A stretch of 64,000 nucleotides of DNA, taken from assembly GCA_963745835.1 (NCBI GenBank), contig CAVUZH010000013.1:64001-128000 (forward strand), given 5' to 3'. Positions within the stretch are counted from its first letter, which is position 1. Each line of letters starts with the position of its first letter. The translations under genes were made by a program, and so were the position numbers. The notes below the pieces were generated by a model that was not told where the DNA came from, searched no databases, and was given only the letters and a program-made list of their open reading frames with translations. Source of the DNA: an uncultured delta proteobacterium (GTDB lineage: Bacteria > Desulfobacterota > Binatia > UBA9968). Positions 1 to 10,135 of the stretch are shown here, one piece after another.

Positions 1-63
1 TGCGAGGACAACCGATATGACCGAGTCGGAATCTCGGTGTACAAATTTGGTGGAGGTTATCTT

Positions 64-1071
64 ATGGGTAAAAAAATACGCGAATTTATGACGCACCGGG
101 AACCGCCGGAGCATATCTGGATGGAACGGGAAGAAAGTGCGGTCATCGGCACCGCCCGCATGGGGCAGAGAATGATCCCCAAGATCCGGCCTTTCGATTT
201 GCTGCGCAGCACACCGCTCAGCGGCAATCGCGCGCGGGCGATGGTTTTCGAGGGCACCAGTTTACGCATCGCGACGGAGTACATCGCCGGGCGTGAAGCG
301 CAACTCACTCGCGCCGCGGATCATGACGTCATCTATCTGCAGTTTTCCGGCCGCTCGAGCATCGAAAGCGAATCGGGGATCGTCGAAATTACCCCAGGTG
401 AAATCGCGCTTGTGCCCGCGGCAATTTCGCACCGCACAGTCGGCTCGGATGAGTGTCTGCGCGTGCGCGTGGCGACCCAGGAGTTCGTGACCGAAGGCGT
501 CGATCCGGAAAAGCCGGTGATGCAACGAGGCTTCACTGTGCGCGCGTCCGAGTCAATTGGCGTCAACGGGCCCGCAGGCGACGGCGGTGATGCCGGGCCG
601 GTTTTGGAACATATTAGCTTTTGGGATCCGCAATCGGATCTCTGGGTCGAGCGCGACGTATCAGCGCTGATCGGCTGTAAACGGGACGGCGGCCGCATCG
701 TGCGAAAATTGAGCGCATTCAATTATTTTACCGGTATGACCGGCAAGGGCGGCGCCCGCGCGCCAGTGCTTTACAACGGCAAAGAGTTCCGCGTCGATGT
801 TTACAATCTTGAAGAAGAGCAGAACGGTTTCCATCGCGGCTGCGACGAAGACGAGATCTGGTTTCAGTTTCGCGGCCACTCGCTGAACCATACGGAATGG
901 GGCGCGCTCGAACTCGACCCCGGTCAGATGACCTACATCCCGCGCGGTGTGGCCCATCGGATTACCGGCAGCGCCGGTTTTCTGCGCATGGTGCTCTACA
1001 GCCGCAAGCTGGTTCACCCGAAATCGTTCAACAACATCTCGGAACGCGAAACACGGTTCGATGTTCAGTAG
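64..1071 (+). CDS. Bicupin protein, homogentisate 1,2-dioxygenase (HmgA)-like
   Basis: Two cupin repeats. C-terminal HRGCDEDE...IPRGVAH resembles the H-x6-E...H metal site of HmgA-type enzymes. GGAGG RBS precedes ATG at 64 (ORF track starts at 37). Confidence 0.7.
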   Translation: MGKKIREFMTHREPPEHIWMEREESAVIGTARMGQRMIPKIRPFDLLRSTPLSGNRARAMVFEGTSLRIATEYIAGREAQLTRAADHDVIYLQFSGRSSIESESGIVEITPGEIALVPAAISHRTVGSDECLRVRVATQEFVTEGVDPEKPVMQRGFTVRASESIGVNGPAGDGGDAGPVLEHISFWDPQSDLWVERDVSALIGCKRDGGRIVRKLSAFNYFTGMTGKGGARAPVLYNGKEFRVDVYNLEEEQNGFHRGCDEDEIWFQFRGHSLNHTEWGALELDPGQMTYIPRGVAHRITGSAGFLRMVLYSRKLVHPKSFNNISERETRFDVQ

Positions 1072-1142
1072 GTTCGCCAGGCTTCACATTCGTTAATACG
1101 ATTGATCTTGAGTCGAAATCAAACGCAGTGAAATAATTCTTC

Positions 1143-2099
1143 ATGGAACGGCTACGCCTCAGCTTATCTTGCAACGAATACGATCGCACGCGCTTTCTGG
1201 TCGATGGTAGCGTTCACGCCGAAGGAATTGACCTCACCGTTATCCCTCTGTCCTCAGAAGAGCGCCACCGGCGGTTTTCCCGCGACCTGGAATTCGACGT
1301 GTGCGAACTTCAAATGGGCGTCTTTCTCGGTTGGATATCGCGCGGCGCGCCGTTCCGCGCGATTCCTGTGTTCCCGCACCGCAAGTTCTGCCACGGCAAT
1401 CTGCTGATCCACGCGGCAAGCCGCATTCAACAGCCCGAAGACCTCGCCGGCAAAACCATCGGCATGCGCGCTCACTTCAATCCGGTTTCGCTCTGGATGC
1501 GCGGCGTGTTGCAAGACGAGTATGGCGTGCCCGCGCGATCGCTCAAGATTCGCACCAACCAGCAGGAGCAGGTTCCCGGGTGGCAACCGCCCGAATGGAT
1601 GGTTATCGAGCGTCTGCCGAAAGGAAAAAAAATCGAAGATGTGTTGCCTGATGGTGAAATCGATGCGTGCATGCTGCCGGAGATCGCCCCCAAGCATTTT
1701 CAAATTTCCGGCGTACGCCGCCTCTGGCCAAACTTTCGCGAGGTCGAAAAAGAATATTATCTGCGTACCAAGATTTTTCCCATTCGCCACGTCCTGGTAG
1801 TAAAAAACTCCGTCTTGGAGCGCCATCCATGGGCAGCGCGCAGCCTCATCGATGCTTTTACGAAAGCCAAGGAGATCGGCATCAAGCACGTGAGCGACCC
1901 ACGGCGATCTTTTCTCGCTTGGTACGGCGCCGAACTGGAGGAAGAGCGGGAGCTATTCGGTGATGATGCGTGGCCCTACAATATCAACGAAAATAGGCAT
2001 GTGCTTGATACCATGGCGCGTTATGCGGAGATGGTTGGAATAACCGAGCGCAGACTTGATCTTAGGGAAATGTTTGCCGAGGGTGTGTTGGCGGACTAA
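1143..2099 (+). CDS. 4,5-dihydroxyphthalate decarboxylase-like protein (PBP2 fold)
   Basis: YDRTRFLVDG, FDVCEL, IPVFPHR, IFPIRHVLVV and WPY motifs are typical of this family. Confidence 0.75.
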   Translation: MERLRLSLSCNEYDRTRFLVDGSVHAEGIDLTVIPLSSEERHRRFSRDLEFDVCELQMGVFLGWISRGAPFRAIPVFPHRKFCHGNLLIHAASRIQQPEDLAGKTIGMRAHFNPVSLWMRGVLQDEYGVPARSLKIRTNQQEQVPGWQPPEWMVIERLPKGKKIEDVLPDGEIDACMLPEIAPKHFQISGVRRLWPNFREVEKEYYLRTKIFPIRHVLVVKNSVLERHPWAARSLIDAFTKAKEIGIKHVSDPRRSFLAWYGAELEEERELFGDDAWPYNINENRHVLDTMARYAEMVGITERRLDLREMFAEGVLAD

Positions 2100-2114
2100 T
2101 TTGCGCAAGCGCTG

Positions 2115-2906
2115 TTACTCGCTCGGATCAGCGCCCGCGCGCGCCCACTCCGGCCGATGACGATCATCGGTGACGCCGGCCACAGTATAGCCGCCATCCA
2201 CATAGAGAATCGTTCCGGTGATATAACTGGCGCCGTCGGAAGCGAGAAAAACACAGGGTTCGACCATGTCTTCCGCTGTTTCCGTCCGGCCCAGCGGTAG
2301 CCGGCGCACTCGTTCCAAAACTCCCGCGCTGTAGGGTTTGCGCGCGGTGTTGCCGCGAGCTACCGCATTGACGTTGATGCCGTAAAAGCCCAACGCATGC
2401 GCCGCCGCGCGGGTGAGCCCGTTGACCGCGCCGCGATCGGCAGTCCAGGAAGCCGCCTGCCCGGGACCGAGCACGCCGACGATGGAACTCAAGTTGATAA
2501 TCTTGCCGTAGCGTTGTTTGACCATCTGCCGGGCCACTGCCTGGCAGGTGAGAAAGTAACTTATTACGCCGCGGCTCAAGGAATCGTCGAAATCTTCTTC
2601 CTTAAAATTTAGAAACTCCTGATTGTGCGACGCCATCGTCGTGTTGATAAGGATATCGATGCGGCCGAAGGCAGCGATCACTTCGTCGACCAAGGCTTCG
2701 ATCTCTTCACGCTTCCGCAAATCGATAGCGACCGCCAGCGCTTGTCGACCTCGCTGCCGGACTTTCTCAGCGCCGGCGTCCGCACCTGCCTGAGTGAAAT
2801 CGACGCACGCGACGTCGCACCCCTCGGCGGCAAATCCCGGCACGATCGCGGAGCCGAACTCACCGTTGCAGCCCGTGATGATCGCTTTTTTTCCTTGGAG
2901 CCTCAT
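2115..2906 (-). CDS. SDR-family oxidoreductase-like protein, atypical active site
   Basis: Rossmann start KAIITGCNGEFG, GRIDILIN, INVNAV, YITGTILYVDGG. The YxxxK position reads WTADR. Confidence 0.8.
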   Translation of the reverse strand: MRLQGKKAIITGCNGEFGSAIVPGFAAEGCDVACVDFTQAGADAGAEKVRQRGRQALAVAIDLRKREEIEALVDEVIAAFGRIDILINTTMASHNQEFLNFKEEDFDDSLSRGVISYFLTCQAVARQMVKQRYGKIINLSSIVGVLGPGQAASWTADRGAVNGLTRAAAHALGFYGINVNAVARGNTARKPYSAGVLERVRRLPLGRTETAEDMVEPCVFLASDGASYITGTILYVDGGYTVAGVTDDRHRPEWARAGADPSE

Positions 2907-2910
2907 GATT

Positions 2911-3909
2911 TCACCGGATCGGCTGCCAGCCTGCAGCTTTCAACTGGGCGTAATTCTTTCTCGTGATCGTATAATCGAACGCGGCCGAGATGTCCGGAAC
3001 CTTGGCGGCTTTCGTAAGCTCCGATCGAGTCGCCACTTCCTGCCGGAGCACTTCGTCGGGCAGAGACCCATCATCCGTCATCGCGGCCTTGGTCACGTCA
3101 TAGTCGACCTTGATCGCCTCGATCGGCGTCGGGTCCCGCTTCGTGATAAAAGCAATCGTTTCCTCGCGGTGGCGACGGGCATATTCCCGGCCCTTGGCCA
3201 CGGCGCGCAGAAACCTTTCCACCAGTTGAGGATTTTCAGCCAAGGTTTTATCCGACACAGCGACACCGTTCCAAACCAGTTGGATTTCTTTGCCCAGATC
3301 CGCCAACACTGTGTGCTTTTGGTCCTTCATCAAGACCACGTCTCGCATGGCCAGCGGGGAGGCATCGATAACGCCGGAACGCAGCGCTGGGAACCGGACC
3401 TCGTTGCGGCCGACGGTGATGAACAATACCGAAGCTGGATTGACGCCCATCTTCTTCAAGTAGAGAATCGTTGCCAGGTGGCCGGTATCGCCGAAACTGT
3501 TGACCGCGATTTTTTTTCCAATCAAGTCTTTCGCCGAAGTGATCTCCGGTTTGATCGACACCAATGTGTAGCTCGGCCGTGAAAGATTCGTATATACGAC
3601 CTTGACCGGCCCGCCCCGGACCGCAGCGCTCACCGCCGAGCTTGCCGAGCTGCTGAAATGAAATTGACCGGAAAGCAGGCCTGGAGTCGCAACACCGCCC
3701 GGAGCGCGAATGACCTCGACATTCAGCCCCTCTTCCTTGAGATAGCCTTTGTCCATCGCAACAATGTGGTCCATGTACGCGGGACTAAGCGTCGCGAACG
3801 AAACGCGAATGGTTTCTTGAGCGAGGGCGTCAGTCGATGTCATGAACAAGAAAAAAACGCCAGCCCAAGCTCGCGTCAGAAAAATAGCAGAGCGGAGAAA
3901 AGGTCTCAT
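2911..3909 (-). CDS. SsuA/TauA/NMT1-type substrate-binding protein
   Basis: Signal peptide (DALA-Q), KGYLKEEGLNVE, DLIGKKIAV, ENPQLVERFLRA. Confidence 0.8.
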   Translation of the reverse strand: MRPFLRSAIFLTRAWAGVFFLFMTSTDALAQETIRVSFATLSPAYMDHIVAMDKGYLKEEGLNVEVIRAPGGVATPGLLSGQFHFSSSASSAVSAAVRGGPVKVVYTNLSRPSYTLVSIKPEITSAKDLIGKKIAVNSFGDTGHLATILYLKKMGVNPASVLFITVGRNEVRFPALRSGVIDASPLAMRDVVLMKDQKHTVLADLGKEIQLVWNGVAVSDKTLAENPQLVERFLRAVAKGREYARRHREETIAFITKRDPTPIEAIKVDYDVTKAAMTDDGSLPDEVLRQEVATRSELTKAAKVPDISAAFDYTITRKNYAQLKAAGWQPIR

Positions 3910-4803
3910 TTACTTCCCCGATAGTTGCCGATCGGCTATCCCGGCGAGTTTTGCGCGATCGACATATTCCTCGGCCAGGCGAAGTGGATTTCGGCTGTAG
4001 AGGATGATCCGTATCGTTGCCATGTCGCCTATGTTACGATGCGAGGTCCCCGGAGGGATCAATAAAAAATCGCCGGTCTCAAGTATATATTCTCCCTGAT
4101 CGGTCAGCGTCGCGCGCCGGCCGGAGAGTTGAAAAGCGACCTCGTCCTGGCCAAAGCCGCGGTGATAGATTCGCTGCGCATCGGAGCGATGCGTGGTCTC
4201 GATAAGAATGTCGGCGTTTTCAACCAGCTCAAAGTGCTTACCGCCGGAGCCGCCTTCCACGATGCTATCGAGCACCGTCCCCGGCTTAAGCAGTGTGCAC
4301 TGTTTCTCCGGCACGACGCTTTCCCTGGCCGGATACCCTTGTGCGATTTGAACCAAATTGCGAGTGTAGACGATGAGCCTTGCTGTCGGGCCATTGCCGG
4401 CATGTTCGCGGCTGATATTTGGCGGCACAACAAGAACATCTCCCTCACACAATTCAAAATCGCCTTCCGACGTCTTGGTCACCCTTTTGTTCTGCACCTG
4501 AATCTGCGTTTCGTAAAAACCGACGGGCCTGCGTCCATCTTCCTCTTTGCTTGCACGGCAGTACATCAACTCGATCTTCACGTCATCATTGACGAAAATT
4601 GGGACTTGTCGAGTATCGCCATCGCCGGGAAGATCCCTTTCAAGAATACTCAGCGGTTTAATCAACTGGCAGGGCCTGCCAAACTTTTCTTTACAGCCGA
4701 TGATGTCAATCTCCTCATCGACTTCCTTCCATACTCGCTCGGTCTTTGGGCCGACATTGCCGATAAATGAGAGCGTATTCACTTCTCTGAACTTCGTTCC
4801 CAT
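3910..4803 (-). CDS. Bicupin protein, HmgA-like paralog
   Basis: HRGFGQDEVAFQ...LIPPGTSHR parallels the motif in 64..1071; the N-termini are also similar (MGTKFRE vs MGKKIRE). Confidence 0.7.
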   Translation of the reverse strand: MGTKFREVNTLSFIGNVGPKTERVWKEVDEEIDIIGCKEKFGRPCQLIKPLSILERDLPGDGDTRQVPIFVNDDVKIELMYCRASKEEDGRRPVGFYETQIQVQNKRVTKTSEGDFELCEGDVLVVPPNISREHAGNGPTARLIVYTRNLVQIAQGYPARESVVPEKQCTLLKPGTVLDSIVEGGSGGKHFELVENADILIETTHRSDAQRIYHRGFGQDEVAFQLSGRRATLTDQGEYILETGDFLLIPPGTSHRNIGDMATIRIILYSRNPLRLAEEYVDRAKLAGIADRQLSGK

Positions 4804-4822
4804 ATGATTCTCCCCGGAGAGA

Positions 4823-5632
4823 TTACTGCTGTCCTCGCGGGATTTCGAATCTGCCCCAAGTTCGCCCCCATGCCGGACGAAAACTGTCCTCGGTCACCGC
4901 AGCATTCGAGTAGCCGGCATCGACGTAGAGACTCTCGCCACAAACAAAATTCGAATCATCGGTCGCCAAAAAGACCGCCGCGCCGACGAGATCCTCGGGT
5001 TTACCCAAGCGACCTACGGGAATGCGGCGCAACCGCTCTGCCGCCTCCTCAGCGGTGAAGGAAATAAAATTCATCGGCCCATAAACGAGCGCATTGACGT
5101 TGACGCCGTAAAATCCCAGTGCCTGAGCGATCGCCCGTGTCATCGCATCGACGCTGGAATAAGCGGCGCTATTGCCGGCCGATTCGCCGGAAGCCACGCG
5201 CGCGTCCGTGGTCAGGAGATTGATGATTTTCCCCGAGCGTTGCTCAGCCATCCGGCGCCCGACGGCCTGACAAGCGAGGAAGTAGGCTTTCGGACCGCGC
5301 TGGAGACACCGATTGAACGACTCTTCGGTAAAGTCCAAGAAATCGCCTTCTTGCGTAACGCCGGAGCAATTGAGCAGCACATCGATACGTCCAAACTCGC
5401 CAACGGCACGGCTGACGGCTTCGTCCACCTGCGTCTTTTTTGTCACGTCGCATTGAAACGCCGATGCTCGTCCGTTCACAGACTGAATGTGCGCCGCCAA
5501 CAGTTCTGCTTTGCCGGCATCCTCGTCGACGATAAAACAGTCTGCTCCTTGGACGGCGAAGCCCGTAACGATTGCTTCAGCGCATGGATGTTGCGCACTT
5601 GTAATAAAAACGGCTTTGTTGAGCAATCGCAT
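4823..5632 (-). CDS. SDR-family oxidoreductase-like protein, atypical active site
   Basis: CDVT, GRIDVLLN, VNVNAL, FVCGESLYVDAG are present. The glycine-rich loop is replaced by TSAQHPCA and YxxxK is absent. Confidence 0.8.
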   Translation of the reverse strand: MRLLNKAVFITSAQHPCAEAIVTGFAVQGADCFIVDEDAGKAELLAAHIQSVNGRASAFQCDVTKKTQVDEAVSRAVGEFGRIDVLLNCSGVTQEGDFLDFTEESFNRCLQRGPKAYFLACQAVGRRMAEQRSGKIINLLTTDARVASGESAGNSAAYSSVDAMTRAIAQALGFYGVNVNALVYGPMNFISFTAEEAAERLRRIPVGRLGKPEDLVGAAVFLATDDSNFVCGESLYVDAGYSNAAVTEDSFRPAWGRTWGRFEIPRGQQ

Positions 5633-5910
5633 TGTAAGTGACGCGCTAGATTAGAAGGACACCCGTCTCTTATAAAAACCGGGTGCCAGTGTCAACGAGG
5701 CGGCAAGATGACGCGGGACAGAAGTCGGCAAACGCGTATCCTATCTCGGTCCATCACCGCGATCGACTTCCCAGCTATTTAATTCTTGGAATTTTTTAGC
5801 GTGATTCACCACGTCCGGCGGTTGCACCATAATGCGCTCGGCTAAGCTCTGTAACTCCTACCCTGAAACCGGTTCGATCACCCATTCGCCTTTCTGTGCC
5901 TCGGCAATGA

Positions 5911-6078
5911 GTTTTTCTCGGATTGAGTTTGGCATTACGCTCCTGGCTCGGCGCTGTGATCACGATCGGCGTTGCGTTGTGGTTTCGCCGTCGAGTCATC
6001 GGCGATGAAAAAAACTTAGCGACCAGGCTCGGCAAGCCTTACCAGGAGTATATGAAGACAGTGCCACACGGGATTTGA
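5911..6078 (+). pseudogene. C-terminal remnant of an isoprenylcysteine carboxyl methyltransferase (ICMT/PEMT)-family gene
   Basis: Manual translation LSLALRSWLGAVITIGVALWFRRRVIGDEKNLATRLGKPYQEYMKTVP matches the family's E..L...G..Y..Y...VP tail. An in-frame stop lies immediately upstream. Confidence 0.5.
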
Positions 6079-6322
6079 AAGAACAAAGCTGGAGATGAAA
6101 ACGAAAGCGGAAAAGAAGGACGTGGGGGCGAGCGTGTCGTGCAGAAGGCGACATCAAGCGAAAGAGCGGAATAAAACTTCTAGAGCGGAATTGTCTTTTG
6201 CGAAACCCGAGTGTTCAGATTTGATATGGACGATGATTTTATGATCGCAGAATCTTAGAGCCTTCGGAGCGTGACCGATGGCGCATTAACATGGTCAGCA
6301 CCTCTGAATCTAATCAATGATG

Positions 6323-6354
6323 TGGTGAGAGGCGGCTTGAGCCGCCTCTCACCA
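6323..6354. terminator. Perfect inverted repeat, probable terminator of the minus-strand gene at 6408..6906
   Basis: TGGTGAGAGGCGGC-TTGA-GCCGCCTCTCACCA, 14-bp stem. Confidence 0.65.
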
Positions 6355-6407
6355 GTGAACCTGTGGAATAATCCCTAATTGACAAGCGCACAATTCAACT
6401 ACAAATC

Positions 6408-6906
6408 CTAACGACCGAAACGATCGTTGTTCCACCAGCTGTACCGGCTGTCACGGTGGTTATTAGACCATCCACTCCGGCCGCGATCCCAACGATCGCG
6501 ATCGTTCCAAGAACCATACCTTCCCTGATTTCCGCGATTGTACCAATGATTGTCATAGCCGAACCTGCGTAAATCACCGCGCAGTTCAGATTGGTCGCGT
6601 CTCTAGTTCGCGCCGGTCCCGCTCTATTTCTCTCAAGTCGCGCCTGATTTCAGATTTTCCCCGGGCAATCTCGTGCCGCGGGGCTCCCCGGCGTATGTCG
6701 CTCCGCAGCTCGGCGCGATCACGCCTGAGTTCAGCGAAGTCGTTGCGCAACTCCGCGCGACTCCTTTGAACATCACGGTGACTCTCCCGGATTGCGCCGC
6801 GCCCGGCACGATGCGAACGCCCGCTATCGGCGGAAGCCGAGTCGCTGAGCAGTAGCGCTAAAAGGAAACCAACCCCCAGCCAGACCAGAGTTTTACCAGT
6901 TTGCAT
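6408..6906 (-). CDS. Exported Arg/Asp-rich repeat protein with Trp/Asn-rich low-complexity tail (one +1 frameshift near 6602)
   Basis: GGAGG RBS, signal peptide (SASA-D) and [12 protein letters not shown] repeats. Removing one base continues as [26 protein letters not shown]...WWNNDRFGR* to TAG at 6408. Confidence 0.65.
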
Positions 6907-7689
6907 GATTTTTCCCTCCTTCAGCGCTTAGACGTAGCCACATGGTGAATGTTAACGGGCAACGGATCCGATTTGAAAGACAATTAAGTACGGATCCGAA
7001 AAGGAAAATGTGCTGAGCAACTATCCTGTAATCCCGTGTGTAAATACCTCTCACCCGCTGGCCAAAGTCGCTATAGTTTCGGTTATAGAGTAAAGCAGCC
7101 GATCTAGAATAAGCCTGACGGTCACGAGACAAGAACCACTCACCCGATCGGAGACGTTCACCTCGGCTGCTTTCTCACTCCGACAGAATACCGCCTTCGA
7201 TACTAACACGCCTAGAAAAGACCAAGGCGGCTACAATGATGAGAAGGATCTACGCTCCCCGGACCAACTATCACATGCCTTTGTTAGCTGCGAGAGCAGA
7301 ACGTCGACTACAAAAGCGTGACGTGCTCGCGCTCTTGCCTGACACTAAATAAAAGCGGTCAAGGATTGCTCAGGATATGAAAGAACTTGGGCGAGGTTCC
7401 CAGTCGCTCAAACGGAGCAGTCGAGATTTAAATGCGATCTCCGAAAGGTGACCTGTTGGGACTTCAGTCTAGCCGGTAATCAAATTGATCAAGGAGCGGA
7501 ACGCCACCGCTGAATTCGATGCAGATCTTAGCCAAAAGCTATCGCGACGAACCATCTGATAGCAGAAAAGTAGAATTGTTTAAGTCTTTCAGCCGGTAGT
7601 GGCACTGGGCGGTTCAAGCCATTCAAGGCGCTACTAATCTGTTCGGTTTATGCGCTTGAATCGCGCGCAACATCACCAAATAGGTTGTG

Positions 7690-8436
7690 CTATGCTACGG
7701 CGCCTTTGTAAGCATGGCCGTTGCAATCTACGGCGCAAATCTCGGCCACCGCATCTCGATAGCACAGCCAGCTCGTCAGTGCTTCCTGCATGGCTCTGAC
7801 CACCGTCCCACGCCTTGTCGGCTTGACATAATCGAGAATCGCGGCCCAGGCGGTAGCCCGGTGATTTCCCTCGACCTGCCGGTGCGCTTTGGTGAGCGCC
7901 AAATGTTGGATCGGCAGGCCGTAATGCTTGACTAGCGGATGCTCCTCCAGCGGCGACGGCTCGATGGCTATTGTTGACTCAATTGCACGCCGTTCGTCTT
8001 TCGATCCTTCGACAAAGATCGTGACGATCGCCGCAGCGATCTCCCAGCCATAGAGCTGAGTTGCGTCATCGAGGTATTGCCGATAGCTCTTTGCCGCCGG
8101 CAACAACGCTACGTTAGCGAAACGGCTTAGATCCATTTCCAGGCCGCGTGCATATTCGAGAAACAGCTCGGGATGGGGCCTACCGGCGACCAGTCCACCG
8201 GTCTCTTCTTCGTAAAGATTCTCTGCAAGACTGCGGCGAACTTGCGGGACCGGACAGCGTACATATGCGCGCCCGACCATCACAGGAAAATCGCGAACGT
8301 AGGTGGCATATTCCTGTTCGAGGTGATGATGGAGAAGATCTTTGCGAACCCGCCCGGAGGTAAATGCCGGCCAAGCCCAATGGTCCTTGCCTTCCATCAC
8401 AACTAGGAGCTGTTCGCGAAAAGTTGCTCGATCCAT
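7690..8436 (-). CDS. PqqC/TenA/CADD-like heme-oxygenase-like (HDO) putative diiron oxidase
   Basis: NLYEEETG...HPELF, IFVEG and AHRQVEGNH ligand pattern. GGGGAG RBS before ATG at 8436. Confidence 0.75.
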   Translation of the reverse strand: MDRATFREQLLVVMEGKDHWAWPAFTSGRVRKDLLHHHLEQEYATYVRDFPVMVGRAYVRCPVPQVRRSLAENLYEEETGGLVAGRPHPELFLEYARGLEMDLSRFANVALLPAAKSYRQYLDDATQLYGWEIAAAIVTIFVEGSKDERRAIESTIAIEPSPLEEHPLVKHYGLPIQHLALTKAHRQVEGNHRATAWAAILDYVKPTRRGTVVRAMQEALTSWLCYRDAVAEICAVDCNGHAYKGAVA

Positions 8437-8697
8437 ATTGCTCCCCCTTTGCGAATAAAATCGTCGCAAGGGTGCCGAGAGCAACTACCATGCCGCCCAA
8501 ACCGGATCCGTAGTTGTAATCTATTCGCGAATTTCACTTCAATAGCAAGGTTGTCGATGTTTGTCCGATAAACCGCTAGCGGGGCGAATGGCTCGGCGAT
8601 TCCAGCGAGATTTGAGCCGGGCACAGACGAGAAATGCGTCAGAATTGCCATTCTCGCGGGCAGATAAGCCAGTGAAGACCGAATTCGGTATTCAGCG

Positions 8698-10050
8698 CTA
8701 TCGTGTTTTAGTCCGCATCGTCACGAACTCTTCCGCAGCTGTCGGATGGATTCCGATCGTCGTATCGAACTGTGTTTTGGTCGCGCCGCAGTTGACCGCA
8801 ACGGCTAACCCCTGAATGATTTCTCCCGCTTCCGGCCCGACCATGTGGCAGCCAAGCACTCGGTCGCTGGCGCGGTCGACTACTAATTTCATCATCGTCT
8901 TCTCCGCGCTTCCGGTCATCGTGTGCCGCAACGGCCGAAACGAGCTCATGTAAATATCGACCTCGAATTCACGGCGGCGCGCCTGCTCCTCGGTTAACCC
9001 GACGGTGCCGCAATTAGGCGCACTGAAAATCGCAGTGGCGACGTTCTCATAATCGAGCATGATCGGTCTGTTATTGAAGAGCGTATTTGCCACGGCCGTG
9101 CCCTCGGCAATGGCAACTGGAGTGAGCATTAAGCGGTCCGTGCAATCACCGATCGCATAGATACTTTCAACGCTCGAGCGCAAGTACGGATCGACAACAA
9201 CCGCGCCGCTCTGTCTCAGTTCGACACCGGCGTTTTCCAGGCCCAAATCTCGAGTCTTCGGCACGCGGCCGGTGGCATAGAGAATCTGATTGGCGTTGAT
9301 TATGCTGCCATCGATTAGCGTGGCATTCAGTACGTCCCCGTGCTTTTCGATTTGGGCGATATCGGTCTTGAAGCGAAGATCGATCCCTCGCTTGAGCATC
9401 TCATCCGCGAGCGTGAGCCGGATATCGTTGTCGAAGCCGCGCAGAAACAACTCGCCGCGATACAGCTGCGCCGTCTCTGCGCCGAGCCCATGAAAGATTC
9501 CCGCGAACTCGACGCCGATGTAGCCACCGCCGACGACAATCACTTTACTCGGCAGTTCGGCAAGGTAAAAAGCTTCGTTTGAAGTGATTACGTGCTCGGA
9601 TCCGGGAAATGTCGGGATCGAGGGCCAACTGCCCACGGCGATCAGAATATATTTTGCCGTGTAACGCTTGCCGTTTACTCCTATGGTGTGCGGATCGAGA
9701 ACTTGCGCGCGGCCTTCGATTATTTCTACGCCGGCATCATCGAGTAGCTTCCGGTAAACGCCATTAAGCCGGTGAATCTCATTATCCTTATTGGCAATCA
9801 GTTTTGCCCAATTGATGCTCTGTTGCCCCACTGTCCAGCCGAAACCGGCAGCGTCTCTAAAATCGTCCAAGTAATGAGAGGCGTAAACCAGAAGTTTCTT
9901 TGGGATGCAGCCGACATTCACGCACGTGCCGCCGAGAGCACTTTCTTCGGCAACTGCCACCTTCGCGCCAAATGCTGCGGCAACGCGACTGCCCCGGACA
10001 CCGCCAGAGCCGGCGCCGATGGTAAACAAATCATAATCGTATTTAGCCAT
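8698..10050 (-). CDS. gor: Glutathione-disulfide reductase
   Basis: [19 protein letters not shown] redox disulfide, [19 protein letters not shown]. Confidence 0.95.
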   Translation of the reverse strand: MAKYDYDLFTIGAGSGGVRGSRVAAAFGAKVAVAEESALGGTCVNVGCIPKKLLVYASHYLDDFRDAAGFGWTVGQQSINWAKLIANKDNEIHRLNGVYRKLLDDAGVEIIEGRAQVLDPHTIGVNGKRYTAKYILIAVGSWPSIPTFPGSEHVITSNEAFYLAELPSKVIVVGGGYIGVEFAGIFHGLGAETAQLYRGELFLRGFDNDIRLTLADEMLKRGIDLRFKTDIAQIEKHGDVLNATLIDGSIINANQILYATGRVPKTRDLGLENAGVELRQSGAVVVDPYLRSSVESIYAIGDCTDRLMLTPVAIAEGTAVANTLFNNRPIMLDYENVATAIFSAPNCGTVGLTEEQARRREFEVDIYMSSFRPLRHTMTGSAEKTMMKLVVDRASDRVLGCHMVGPEAGEIIQGLAVAVNCGATKTQFDTTIGIHPTAAEEFVTMRTKTR

Positions 10051-10135
10051 GAAACCCGCCTTTCAAGGGATGTCCGGCTATGATAAAAGGTACATCCCCA
10101 TTCCTCAACCGTAAGACTGCTTCACTGTAACGTCT

